Source: Phoronis australis | Lineage: Eukaryota > Animalia > Phoronida | DNA length: 64,000 nucleotides | Assembly: GCA_002633005.1 (NCBI GenBank) | Contig: NMRA01000446.1 | Location: 239,156-303,155 of the forward strand | Direction of reading: 5' to 3' | In this document: piece by piece, positions 14,611 to 25,889 of the stretch | How the letters are laid out: the number at the start of each line of letters is the position of its first letter | How positions within the stretch are numbered: position 1 is the stretch's first letter | Translations under genes and position numbers: made by a program | The notes under the pieces: model-generated | Database searches by the model: none | What the model saw: only the letters and a program-made list of their open reading frames with translations | What the model was told of the DNA's origin: nothing

Positions 14611-14756
14611 TTAAGTGAATGGGTCAAAAACATGAGGCGTAATAAAGTTTAAGCGGTAAGGTGTAGCGCTTGTGAGGTGAAATGTCTCACAACGGTTCAT
14701 TTTGTTCATGGAGTTTTCGAAAGAGTGGTAGAAAGGCGACAAGTACAGTGATGTGT

Positions 14757-14892
14757 TGTAGGAATCAGAAACGCACAATTATATGCGAATAAAATACTAT
14801 ATTGAAGCAGACACTTGATGTTGGTATAATTAAAAAATGAGACTAAACTACAGTGATTTAACAAATCGTTATAACTGATAGGTGACACCACA
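14757..14892 (-). repeat. 3' LTR of the Gypsy element
   Basis: 136 bp; direct repeat of 18930-19069 with several substitutions and small indels. Confidence 0.93.
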
Positions 14893-14915
14893 GTACCACC
14901 CCTCCAAGCGGAGGA

Positions 14916-17900
14916 CTAAGGCAAATCCGAAGTGGGTGGAGAATCACGAAAACGCACGGGCAAGGGCGAAACGCGACCAGAACGAGTAACATTAGAAGGT
15001 TGATCTGCAGCAACAGACGTTGACGGCACAGGTCGGTCGGTGGAGTCGAGGGGAGCCGCCGGCGAGGGGAGCACTAATGGCGTAGAGGCATCGGGACGTG
15101 TGAAGGTGTCATCCGAGGTCGTGAACTGGGTGACATAGGCGGCTTTGAGACGATCAACAGAAACCGTCTGCTTGCGACCCTTAATGTCAAGAGTGTAGAA
15201 CTTGTCATTTGTGTTGAGTATGCGATAGGGGCGCTGGAGCGGATGACGGTAAGCATCGTGGCGCACATACACATACCCTGTAGACGCCAAGTTGGAGGGT
15301 ATATAACTGGGGCGACTGCCATGGAAATTAGGAGGCGCGGGCTGCACCGTACGCATGGTGTGTTGTAGATACTTTAGGAAAATTGAGTCCGGCTCCATCG
15401 TACGAGCTTCGTGCGGTTGAAGAAACTCGTGGAGAAGCGACCCATACACAAGCTCAGCGGGAGAACAGCCGGGATCCACTCGCCAGGACGATTGAATCCC
15501 TAGCAAGACCAGTGGCAGTTCTACAAACCAATGCGGGCTGGTAGTGCGCGCCTTGAGAGATGCCTTTAGGGCGTGGTGAAAACGTTCTATCATGCCACTC
15601 GCCTGTAGGTGGTATGCAGTTGTGGTGTGAGTTGTAACACCCAAGAGGCTGTTGCATTCACTCCAAAGTGCCGAAGTGAACTGAACACCGCGATCAGACG
15701 TGATGTCCTCAGGCACACCAAGGCGGGAAATCCAATGATGGACAAGAGCAGCCGCACAGGACGAAGCTTGGGCGTCGGGAAGAGGTATGGCTTCGGGCCA
15801 TCTGGTGAAACGGTCAATGATCGTGAAGAGATAGGTCATGCCTTGGCTCGCTGGTAGTGTGCCAACAAGATCCACATGGAGACTGCGAAACCTGGCTGCC
15901 GGAGCGGGACGCTTTACCAAAGGTACCCGTGTGTGTCGATGTATCTTGGAAGCTTGACAAGCATGACACTCTTTGCACCACCGCCGTATATCACGTTTCA
16001 TACCACGCCAGACAAAGCGCTGAGTGATAGCCGGCTGAGTACGGCGAACGCCAGCGTGAGACAACCCATGAATACGATCAAAAACAGCACGGGTCCACGT
16101 GGAGGGCAACACAGGTGGGGGTGTGCCAGTGGACGTGTCACAAAGCAGGGTCGAGTCGCCAAACGGAATATCTTGTAGATAAAGGCCCGTTGTAGCGGTT
16201 CGATATTCCGCCATTTCGAGAGACTGGTCCTGGTCATGAGCCAGCTCGCGGAAGTCACCAACAGAAAAGATGCGATGGCCACTGGATATGCCGTTGATGT
16301 CAAAACGGGATAGTGCGTCAGCCACCACGTTAAACTTGCCTTTAAGGTATCGGATGTCGGTAGTGAACTCGACTATAAAAGCGATGTGCCGTGCCTGACG
16401 TGGGGAACGTTCACTGCCGCTGTGCAATGCTGACACTAACGGCCTGTGGTCAGTGTACAACGCAAAAGGTCGGCCCTCTAAAAAATGCCTGAAGTGCTTA
16501 ACTGCGTTATAGGCTGCCAGGAGCTCACGGTCGAAAGCGCTTACTTCTGCTCTGTTTCGGAAAGCTTGCGTGAGAAGAAAGCAAGAGGAACCCAAGTACC
16601 GTCCTGAAGTTGCGTCAGTTGAGCACCGATGGCCTTGTTAGAAGCATCGACCGTAATGCTTGTAGGCGAGGTCGGGTGAGGGTGACGCAAGAGCACAGCT
16701 TCTTTAAGCCTTTAAGGGCGTCTTTGGCCTTTTCGAAAGCAGTTTGGCAGACAGCTGACCAGGTAATAGCTTGACCTCTACCGCTAGCTTGCACATGGAG
16801 TGGAGTCAGGGCATCAGCGATGTGTGGAATAAAACGGTGATTGTAGTTCATCAATCCTAGAAATCGTTGCAGCTCAGCACGATTGGCTGGGGGAGCATAA
16901 TCTTGAATAGAGGCTACGCGATCGGGGAGCGGAAGGATCCCACGGGCTGTGACGTGGTGTCCAAGGCAAGCCAATTCGGCGGCGCCAAAAATGCACTTGG
17001 GCTTATAATTGATGACGAGACCGTTGGAGGAAAGCAGCATAAAGATCTGACGAAGATGTTCCAGATGTTCGGCATGCGAGCGGCTGGCCACCAAGATGTC
17101 ATCGAGGTAGACAAAAGCGAACGAAACGTCCCTGAAAATGCCATCCATAAGGCGTTGGAAAGCCTGGGCAGCATTCTTGAGGCCAAAGGGCATGCGAAGA
17201 AATTCCCACAATCCAAAAGGTGTGATTATTGCAGTTTTGGGCACAGAAGATGGCGCAACCGGAATCTGATGATAGCCCCGAACCAGATCAATTTTGGAGA
17301 AAACTTGGCATCCGGTCAGATGGTTGTTGAAATCATGATATGCGGTAACGGGTAGCGGTCATCCGTGGTAGAAGCATTAAATTGTCTGTAGTCACCACAA
17401 GGGCGTCATATAACGCCAGGCTTGGGGGCGACATGGAGCGGTGAAGACCACGATGAATTATACCCATCTTTTCCATTCGCAGAAATTGACTTTCGCCACC
17501 GTCAGTCGTTCAGGATTCAAACGTCGGGCACGTGCGTGGACACGTGGTCCCTGGGTTATGATATGGTGTTCAACACCGTGTGTACTCGCCGTGGAATCGA
17601 AACACGAAGTAAACAGCTCGGAAAACTGCCGTAACAAATGTGAGTACTCATCATGGGCATGAAGGGTAGACCCGCAAGAGTCAGCGAAACCGTGTTATTT
17701 CGCAGAAAAACAGAGGCATTATCGATAGACAAAAGGCGCTTGCCCTTAAGATTAATAACTAGGTCGTGGGCAATAAAGAAATCAGCTCCCAGAATTGGGC
17801 GAGTAACATCGGCAAGATAAAATTCATGAGCGTACCGCTGCTTAGGGCTGAGCACCACCGACACTGTACGGGTGCCCCATGTGCTCATGGAAGTTCCGTT

Positions 17901-18137
17901 AGCAGCGGAGAGAGGAGCGGAAGGTGGATTGGTCTTGCGGTCCGTTGCAGAGGCAGGATAAACAGAAACGTCGGCGACGGTGTCAATTAAAAAATATCTA
18001 CCAGTGTGTTGGTCAACAATGGAGAACGTGTTGGAGGTGGAAACGCCGGCCACTACCACGTTCAACGGCCGGCTGTGGCGTTTCCCTGATTGTTTGTCTT
18101 GGGTATTAGAGACGCAAACTTGCAGCCAGGCTGGCAT
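14916..18137 (-). pseudogene. pol: Gypsy pol (protease, RT, RNase H, integrase) broken by frameshifts
   Basis: Protease FLIDTVADVS...ILGADF (17556-18137); RT MPFGLKNA...YLDD (16615-17244); RNase H DRELLA/TDHRPL and integrase H-H-C-C plus HVDLVG, TSDRG and GMIERF (14916-16595), all in different frames. Confidence 0.9.
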
Positions 18138-18913
18138 CGACGAGCCTCGGGCCCAAACTTCCTATGGTAGAAGCATACGGTGGAGGAAGCCATAAGGGGG
18201 CTGGCGTAACCGTGCTGGGGACAGGAACGGCCTCGGAAGCGCTTATCGGCAGAAACCACGTCCACCGAAGCGGACGTGGACTTGGCGTTGTCATCATAAA
18301 AACTCGAAAACGTTGTGTGACTGGCGATAGGCATAGAGACTTGTTGCACTCCGGCAGTACGTGCCTCCCAGATACGGTCCGCGGTCGTAGCAAGGTCCTC
18401 TATGCTAGTAATGCTGTGGCCCACCAGGATAGTGCGAACGTCAGCAGGCAGGTTCGTTAGGAACAAAGCACGTTTTAAAGTTTGGGGGTCATCATTGAGA
18501 GCGTTGATACGTCTCATCAGAGCGGTGGGAAGTTTGTCACCTAGGCCATTGAGTTTCAAAAGCTCAGAGTCCTTCTGCACCTGGGACTTTCCAAAAGCGT
18601 TGATGAGCGCAGACTTCAATGCGTTATACTTGTTTGTGAGCGGTGGGTGGAGGAGAATAGCCTGAACTTCGTCGGCTGTGTTGACATCAAGGGCACTCAC
18701 CACATAATCATATTTTGTCTGGTCTTGTACAACCCCTTTGGTTCCAAACTGAGCCTCGATTTTGGAAAACCAAACTTCGGGCGATTTTGTCCAAAAGTCC
18801 GGCAACTTAATGGATACCGCGTTTACCAGGCTGAGATGTTTGCATTGCAAGCGTCTGGAGAGTTGAGGCGAGGTCAGTAACAAGTATGTCCCTCTGCCAT
18901 TGTAAGTGTTCAC
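18062..18913 (-). CDS. gag: Gypsy gag-like protein
   Basis: AVSIKLPDFW...WFSKIEAQF N-terminal motif and a CFYHRKFG...C...C zinc-knuckle-like end. Confidence 0.85.
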   Translation of the reverse strand: MNTYNGRGTYLLLTSPQLSRRLQCKHLSLVNAVSIKLPDFWTKSPEVWFSKIEAQFGTKGVVQDQTKYDYVVSALDVNTADEVQAILLHPPLTNKYNALKSALINAFGKSQVQKDSELLKLNGLGDKLPTALMRRINALNDDPQTLKRALFLTNLPADVRTILVGHSITSIEDLATTADRIWEARTAGVQQVSMPIASHTTFSSFYDDNAKSTSASVDVVSADKRFRGRSCPQHGYASPLMASSTVCFYHRKFGPEARRCQPGCKFASLIPKTNNQGNATAGR

Positions 18914-18929
18914 TGTTCGAGATCACGAA

Positions 18930-19069
18930 TGTAGGAATCAGAAACACAAAATTATAAGCGAATAAAATACTATATTGAAGCAGACACTTGATGTTGGTAA
19001 TAATATTTGAAAAACGAGACTAAACTACAGTGATTTAACAAATCGTTATAACTGATAGGTGGCACGACA
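18930..19069 (-). repeat. 5' LTR of the Gypsy element
   Basis: 140 bp; direct repeat of 14757-14892. Confidence 0.93.
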
Positions 19070-20416
19070 GTGTTCTAGACAAACCCAGTGAGCTGAATAA
19101 TGCATCCTGGATTATCCTCGCTTTCGAAACTGCTGTCGTCTGCAGATGAAGCTAAAGGAGAAGTTTTTGTAAGTTTGCCTGTATTCGGATGTTTAGTGAT
19201 GGCGTGTTTGCCACTATGGTATTATGACACGATTTGGACCAACAAATAGGAACAGAAATATAGAGTTGCAACAGCTACATCACATTTTCTAAAATCCTAC
19301 AGGTCTTGGATTTTTTCCGATTCAGTTAACCAAAGAGGGCAATTTAGCACAACATGATTTCATGTTCATTGACGGTCACAAACTGAATTGGTTCTACATA
19401 GAAGGTAGGCCCCCTAGCGGTACGCATGAAATTGAGAACGACTTGTTCCAAGCTTAACAAAACATCAAACAATCTTCATCATTTTCGAAGGTGAAAATGA
19501 AACGGGTTGCGCAGGTTTTTAGCCGTTCAGTTCAGACTGCCTTACTGGCTTACGAGTTGTTCAGGCGTTTGTCCCATAGAGGGCGTCTCAGTTCACAATA
19601 CCTTTTTGTAAAGCTGAGTTTGATATAACACAGCATCAATTTGCATTACTCAATGGTGAACAAAAGAAAATCTAAAGAAGGAAACCCAGATTTTGATTAT
19701 TTGAGGAATGCGAAATCTTTGAACGATTCAGTGTTTTAGGTCTGCCTGTACAATTACTACATGCAGAAGGTTGGCAAGTGTCAACCACGAGTGCGGAATG
19801 AAGTTACCTATTGCCTGCTATTAATATTATTCATGTTCAAAGAAGCTCAATCACGTCTCATAAGAAAACTGTTTCAGTGGGATTAGGAGCACGGGTGGGT
19901 TCTGCCACAAAACCTGAGCCAAAGCAATTCGCAGAGGCGTACAAGCAGATTGTCATCAACAGTTGCAATCTAATCAGTTTCTTGCTAGCCATCCAACAGA
20001 AAAATTCATGGCTAACAAGAAACGGACTATAACATGTCCATAACATCCTGGTGATATTATTTATCGAGACCTTGCATTCTTCAGTCAGAATTGGCCAGTT
20101 GTGAGCATGATGTATACGATGTTTTAGTGGATCTACTCTGTTGAGCAGATAAACAAATTGACAGCACTTCTATTGATGCTGCTCCTGCTCTTGCTACCGT
20201 GTGTTGTTGTGAGTGAATCAGCATTTGAGTAACCTATTTTGTTCAAAGCATTTAATCAGTGGTAGTACCCAAACAGAATGCTTGCTTTATGTGGGTGGAT
20301 ACATATGCAAACAGAAAGCCCTGCTTTATGTGGGTGGATACATATGCAAACAGTACATGTACCTGTCGAAACATGTTCATTGCATTGAATGTCATCCAAT
20401 CCCGAAATTGCCTTTG

Positions 20417-20490
20417 ACACACACACGCACACACGCAGAAGCACGCGTACACACTCACACGCATACACGCACGCACGCACAGACACATGT
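20417..20490. repeat. Degenerate (CA)n/(CACG)n microsatellite
   Basis: Direct reading. Confidence 0.85.
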
Positions 20491-21146
20491 ATGTATTTAA
20501 ATACAAGTTGTTGGGGGCTGTGAGTGTCCAGTGATGGCCTTGTGACATTCATTAATCGACGTGAGATTGTTTTTTAGTTAACTTCATGAGTCTGAAGCAT
20601 ATATCAAAGACTTTTCGTGGTTTACTTCTCGCAGTTGTTCTTCTAATATCCACGTTTCTTTCGAAACCGTGAAATTTGAGTAACAAACATTTTCATATAA
20701 AAGATCAATATCAAGGTAAATAGTCTAAATCAAATTTTGTTTTTGTTATGGAAGGCGAGTTGATAGACATTGCATTTTGTAGAGCAATGCAACATTTTTA
20801 TCGTCCGTCTTTTCATTCGGAGCGATTTCGAAAAAATAATAGCGATTGATAATTAAATGGTTGACAATAATTATGTACTTCATGCGCAAAAAATGAACGA
20901 AAAACACAAAGAAACTTTCTGTAATACGCACGTCTATGACTATACGAAACGAAACGCAACGAAACGAGCCCTGTGAAACTGCACTTGGCGAAATGGCGTA
21001 CAGATTGAAGCTTGTGGTAAAAGCATTATTGAGGGGCCGTTTCGTATGGTACCTATTTTTTCAAGACCCGTGCCTCATCTCTGGACCGATGAAATCTGCT
21101 GTACATGGCGCTTCATGAAAATGTATTAATGTGAAAGGTTCAAACT

Positions 21147-22033
21147 CAGTGGCGGATCTAGGATATCACAAGGGGGAGGGCCCAACATTTTGTCTGAAAA
21201 CATTTGCGCAAAGCACGATTAGATGCGCATAGCACCGAATGGGGGGAGGTTGGGAGGGGGTTTGCACCCTCCCGCCCAGGCAAATTTGTCTGTTTTTTCC
21301 TCTAAAAATCAAGCATTTTCCTTGATTCCTGAAGTGTTATCCAAGAAAAAAAGGCAAAGAAAAAAAAAACGGAGAACGTGTCAAACATGAAAAACCGCAA
21401 TTACCACAGACTCGAACTCACGACCTTGCACATAAAGCAAAAACGTGCTTTACCAATGCACCACAACGACTTCACTCACAATTTCATAGTAAGAGACCTA
21501 CTTGTTTATGGTCCACAGCGTTTGCGCGCGAAACCTACTTCTTTTTGTAATGCTTATTACACTTTTTATATTTTATGCAATCAGTTTGTAACAAATTTGT
21601 TGTATTTAAAATAGCCTTCAATTGCCCAAAAGACCAAATCCGCTTTTTTGTGTAGGCAATAATGACGCGATTGCTTTGGAAAAGGTTTGACAAAGAGAGA
21701 ATTATGAGTTTCTGATTGATTCACTAAGGCTTCGATTAAAATTCACGTCTTACTAGCAGCTTCTACTCAGATTCCATTTTCTTTAAAAATTGAGGTTATT
21801 TTCTTCATTGCAGACGACCCGTGTTCCGAAGTTGACACTTGAAATTGGATCTGAGCCCCCCCCAAACACACTGCACACATTTAAATCTTGTTTCCTCCGT
21901 ATAATGTTAATTACCGGGGTTAATTAATAAACTCAACATTTCCCTACGCTCTTGCTGTTTTATTTTTTGCGGCAGCCAAGGGCGGGGGGGGGGGGGGCGG
22001 GCGGGCCCCTGGGCCCCCCTAAATCCGCCTATG
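21147..22033. mobile_element. Non-autonomous hAT-like element with 5-bp TSD
   Basis: TIR CAGTGGCGGATCTAGG / CCTAAATCCGCCTATG; TSD AAACT/AAACT; shares its end with 27531-27828. Confidence 0.8.
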
Positions 22034-22689
22034 AAACTAAAGGCGGCAGAAAGATGCAGACGGTGAAAACATATATTTAGGACGCCGTCTTATACGCAAC
22101 ATTTCTTTCCAGACTCATGCGTCACTCTTGGACCCATAAATCGGCAATTCAATTCTTTCGTAGATGGCGTTTACATAATGAGTTGCGAGAGAAGCGATTC
22201 CGTACAATTTGGACATCTCTGGCACTTGTATCATCAACATTTTGCCACCACTTTCGCTTCCTGTCGGCATAATTGTCAGCTCCGAAGGTCTATCAAATGT
22301 ATAATCCACGTCGAAGGTAGGTGTATCAAATGTGTAGTCCACGTCGAAGCAGGTTTTTGGGCACATATTTAACTGAACTTTTCGAAACCTGGTGCTTTAA
22401 CCCTACATATGTTGGAATTTCAACTTTTTTATCTTACAACACTATAAAGATAGACAAAGAACATGTTGTTTTTCTATGGAAAAGGATGAAAAATTATTTT
22501 CACGTTGTTGCAGAAAACTTTGTGACCGATAACGCGACAACGGAGAACACACAGACGCACGCAAGCACGCACGCAAACACACGTTATTTACCTTGCATTT
22601 TCAAAGCAAAGCATCTTTTCGAAACAATTATTGAGCTCTATTTCATAACTGTCGTACATTAACAAAGTAACAGCCCCTCCACCTCAGCT

Positions 22690-22785
22690 GAAGTGTAACT
22701 ACACTGAGAGCGCATCCACGCGGAAGTGTAACTACACTGAGGGCGCCTCCACGCGGAAGTGTAACTACACTGAGAGCACCTCCAC
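22690..22785. repeat. 33-bp minisatellite x3 (GAAGTGTAACTACACTGAG...)
   Basis: Direct reading. Confidence 0.85.
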
Positions 22786-23330
22786 ACTGCGACATGCAGT
22801 ACCCAACCCATAACATCAAAAACATTTCATTCACCTTCATCACAAAACAACAACAACAACAACAGCGAACAATTGCTGTAAGACCCGACATGGCCCGTGA
22901 TCACAGATACGTCTTTTAGCAGTTTGAGCGCTATCGGAATTTCAATGGGCAGAGTATGACAAAACAGACAATTTGATCGTCTCTTCATGAAAACTGCTCA
23001 AACAAGTCCTAACTTCTGAGCAGAAAACATTATACAGTAACCCGGATGTGATATTGGCAGCTTTAAAGGCGAAGGCAACCTTTTTCCATGTCATTTTGAG
23101 CTAAAATAAGGTTGGTTGGTTATCCTAGACATATTTTCCACTTAATTACAGCTTTTCGTAATTTTATTAATTACTCGTCTGCTACTGCGGAAGTGACGTT
23201 TTAGGAGGCAAGCATTTCGCGCCAATTTTTTTCATATAGTCTGACGGTGAGAGCTGCCGAGTCAGTCATTGTTCTACCTCGATTGTGTTAAGTTCCGTCG
23301 TCGTTTGCTTTCATTTACTAGTCAGTCAAC

Positions 23331-24338
23331 ATGCCACACTGTTGCTGCGTACCGGAATGTACTAGTTATCGGCTCACGCGCGCTTTGGGAGTACCTTTGC
23401 ATCGCTTTCCGATGGATGACACACTTCGCCGTACTTGGCTCGTTCGTGTGAAGAACGCAGCGTTACCCGTCCACGCAACGTACAAAGCAGTGGAGAATTA
23501 CCGTGTGTGTGACAAGCACTTTCTGCCCTCCGGTTACGAAAGGGACTTGTACGCTGAACTGATGAAGGTCCCTGCGAAACAACGCCTGAAGAAGGATGCC
23601 ATTCCGTCTGTGTTGATTCCCGGCAGTGCCCCGTCGCCACCCCCGAGAAGTGCGTTTTTGAAGCGAGAAGCCTCGCGAGCTGTGGCCAGTACAGTGACTG
23701 GAGCCAGTGGAGGCACTTCATCTACTGTCACCCGTGCCTCCGAACGTACCCCAGAGCGTGCAATTCCTGGAACCAGTAGTGATTCGCCCTGTGCTGTTTT
23801 CTCCAGCCCAGAGCCTCTAAGCAGCCCTGCAGCGATATTGAGTAGTGGGAGTGATTACAGGCTCAGTTCGACACCCAGTGAAGAGGACAGTTCGTCGTCC
23901 AGTGAACAGATCGGTGAGCCAAACTTTGATAAGTTTATTGTGGACTTGTCTAAAGTGTTGGAGCTATTTAGAAGGTGCCAGGTGTGTGGCGAGGGAGTCA
24001 CACGACACGATGTAAGCAGTTTGGGTGCTCAGGTCACCATCCAGTGGGAGTGTGTCGCGGGACACTCTGGCAAGTGGGACAGTTGTTCCTCTGTCCGTGG
24101 TATGCCGGAGGTCCACTTAACCATGTCCAGTAGTGGCTTGGCCTCGTCGAACTCTGAACAGCACAAGCATTCCATTGAGGTAGGCATAACAACGCACACA
24201 GTGCATTTGCACCAAGATGTGTCACCACGTCTGTCCTCAGTAGCCGCCTCGTTTCTCTCAACAGCTGCCTGTGCCTGTGCGTACTCTGCCTCGTTATACT
24301 CGGGCTCAAACATGTACCCACCCACTGAATGTCCGTGA
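23331..24338 (+). CDS. THAP-domain transposase N-terminus, truncated and reading through into antisense KolX sequence
   Basis: Complete THAP motif (CCVPEC...HRFP...W...VCDKHF...AIPSV), a Ser-rich linker and a CQVC...C..GH..W zinc-ribbon-like segment; no DDE core. Confidence 0.75.
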   Translation: MPHCCCVPECTSYRLTRALGVPLHRFPMDDTLRRTWLVRVKNAALPVHATYKAVENYRVCDKHFLPSGYERDLYAELMKVPAKQRLKKDAIPSVLIPGSAPSPPPRSAFLKREASRAVASTVTGASGGTSSTVTRASERTPERAIPGTSSDSPCAVFSSPEPLSSPAAILSSGSDYRLSSTPSEEDSSSSSEQIGEPNFDKFIVDLSKVLELFRRCQVCGEGVTRHDVSSLGAQVTIQWECVAGHSGKWDSCSSVRGMPEVHLTMSSSGLASSNSEQHKHSIEVGITTHTVHLHQDVSPRLSSVAASFLSTAACACAYSASLYSGSNMYPPTECP

Positions 24339-24424
24339 AAAAATTCCTCGTCACCACTGCTGTGAACAAGGTCTCCGTCACTCACACTACTGTCACTGTG
24401 ATACGGGTCACCGACTCCAGCCAT
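24029..24424 (-). CDS. KolX-like / P2X7 ballast-like Cys-rich protein N-terminus (truncated)
   Basis: YMFEP...RRG..SWCKCTVCVVMPTSMECLCCSE motif; the homology ends near 24125. Confidence 0.75.
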   Translation of the reverse strand: MAGVGDPYHSDSSVSDGDLVHSSGDEEFFHGHSVGGYMFEPEYNEAEYAQAQAAVERNEAATEDRRGDTSWCKCTVCVVMPTSMECLCCSEFDEAKPLLDMVKWTSGIPRTEEQLSHLPECPATHSHWMVT

Positions 24425-25503
24425 TTTCAGCTTACAACACACTAAACAATCCCTAAATCCAACGTAGTTGAGTTCTCTACTAACCTATCTTGCCGCAGAA
24501 TACTCGCCGATGGAAAGTGGTGGCGACAATTGTTGAAAAACAGCACAAAACAAAAGTAGAATAGAACAGATTCGCACGGTAAAGTCAACGCAAAACCAAG
24601 TGGCGGGTAACGCTTGCCTCCTAAAACGTCACTTCCGGAGTAGAGGACGAGTAATTAATAAAATTACGAAACGCTGTAATTAAGTGGAAAATATGTCTAG
24701 GATAACCAACCAACCTAATTATTTTAGCTCAAAATGACATGGAAAAGGTTGCCTTCGCCTTTAAAAGATAACATCACGAAGTAGAGTAAAATTGGTCTCA
24801 GAGAAATAATCCAAAAATAGAAATCGTAAACAATGGAATCTTCCTAAATGCAGTCGTTGAGGATAATGTTTACAAACAGATGTCACGAAACTTTACTACG
24901 TGCAATCGTTTTGAACAACAGTCATTAGCTACACAATAGTTTCTTCGGAAATGGCAAGAAACGAAAAAAAAAGCGGCAGATGAATCAATAGGCAAAATAA
25001 CGACAGATGAATCACTAGTCAAAATAACGACAGATGAATAACTAGTCAAAATAACGGCAGCTTAATTTTCACTTGACCATTTTTTCATACATGTTATGAC
25101 TTATCTTTACTATGAAATACGCAACAGAGAGTGCGGCATACGAAATTATGACGATTTACGTGCTACCAATACAAGTACGTCAAGCGCACAGTTCTTTCTC
25201 ACTTCTGCAAAACTTCCTTCAGTCTCCACTTTTCGTCGCCACCTGTATGCATACTAGCGACCTTGTTTAATTTTAACAACACACACGCATGCGTTTGTTC
25301 CCTGCAGTTCACCGGCGCAATCACGTGAGTTGTCTGGGCATCAGTCGACCCTTTATACAGTACTTCCCCTCCATTCGTCGCCACTTGTAGCATTCTCCAA
25401 AGCATTCAGTGTTCTAATTTATCTAATTTGAGCGACAGGCAACACGCAACGCGATTTTGCTTTGCAATGGACTGGTCTCTTGTTGACATGTCGGGAAACC
25501 TGC

Positions 25504-25889
25504 TCACGGAAGTCTGAAGTCATTTATTGCCTCTCTTGGAGTCCGACAGGCGTTCGCGTAATCAGGCGACATTCCGCAAGGGCTGTCCGGCGGTGTACGT
25601 TTCGCGAGATCAGTTTCCCTCACAGCGACGGACAACTTTCCTCCGTACAAAGCATTCGTTGCCACATTTTGTAACGCATAAGACGACGTAGAGCCATGGC
25701 GGGATTTTGAGAGATGCGGCTTACTACTTGCGCCATTGCTTATCAACCCGCTCACGTGGCCAGACGAGGACGAACTCGTTTCCTTAAGCAAAACGGTCCG
25801 CGTGGATGGAGTATTCGAATGCCTAAAGAAGGCCTTGCGGGGTAAGCAGCAGCGACCCAGCTCTTTTTTGAAATTGATTGTGAACATGC
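25504..25889 (-). CDS. GNRHR: GnRH/AKH-type receptor coding exon 7 (helix 8 and C-terminal tail)
   Basis: CTTTCAG|GC ATG TTC gives (G)[14 protein letters not shown]..., a helix-8 pattern with a di-Cys motif. The phase matches exon 6, and the TGA stop is at 25506-25504. Confidence 0.88.

Larger units (their letters stand above)
14757..19069 (-). mobile_element. Ty3/Gypsy LTR retrotransposon, near full length but frameshifted
   Basis: LTRs 14757-14892 and 18930-19069 (TG...CA); 4-bp TSD GTGT; polypurine tract GGAGGGGTGGTAC next to the 3' LTR; degenerate primer-binding site; domain order gag-PR-RT-RH-IN. Confidence 0.95.
23067..24760. mobile_element. Internally deleted Kolobok-type DNA transposon (copy A)
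   Basis: TTAA|AGG...CCT|TTAA ends; ~155-bp imperfect TIRs (23067-~23224 and ~24601-24760); convergent THAP-transposase and KolX-like ORFs. Confidence 0.88.

Noticed and set aside
15074-18880. Many short alternative-frame and antisense ORFs within the Gypsy element
   Set aside because: They are shadow ORFs of GC-rich gag/pol coding sequence.
23559-23581. CTGATGA...GAAAC hammerhead-ribozyme-like core
   Set aside because: The stem II closing pair is A-C, there are no flanking stems I/III, and it lies in THAP coding sequence.
24029-24442. Host P2X7 purinoceptor gene
   Set aside because: It has no P2X channel domains, and the motif sits within TIRs and a TTAA TSD, so it is transposon KolX.
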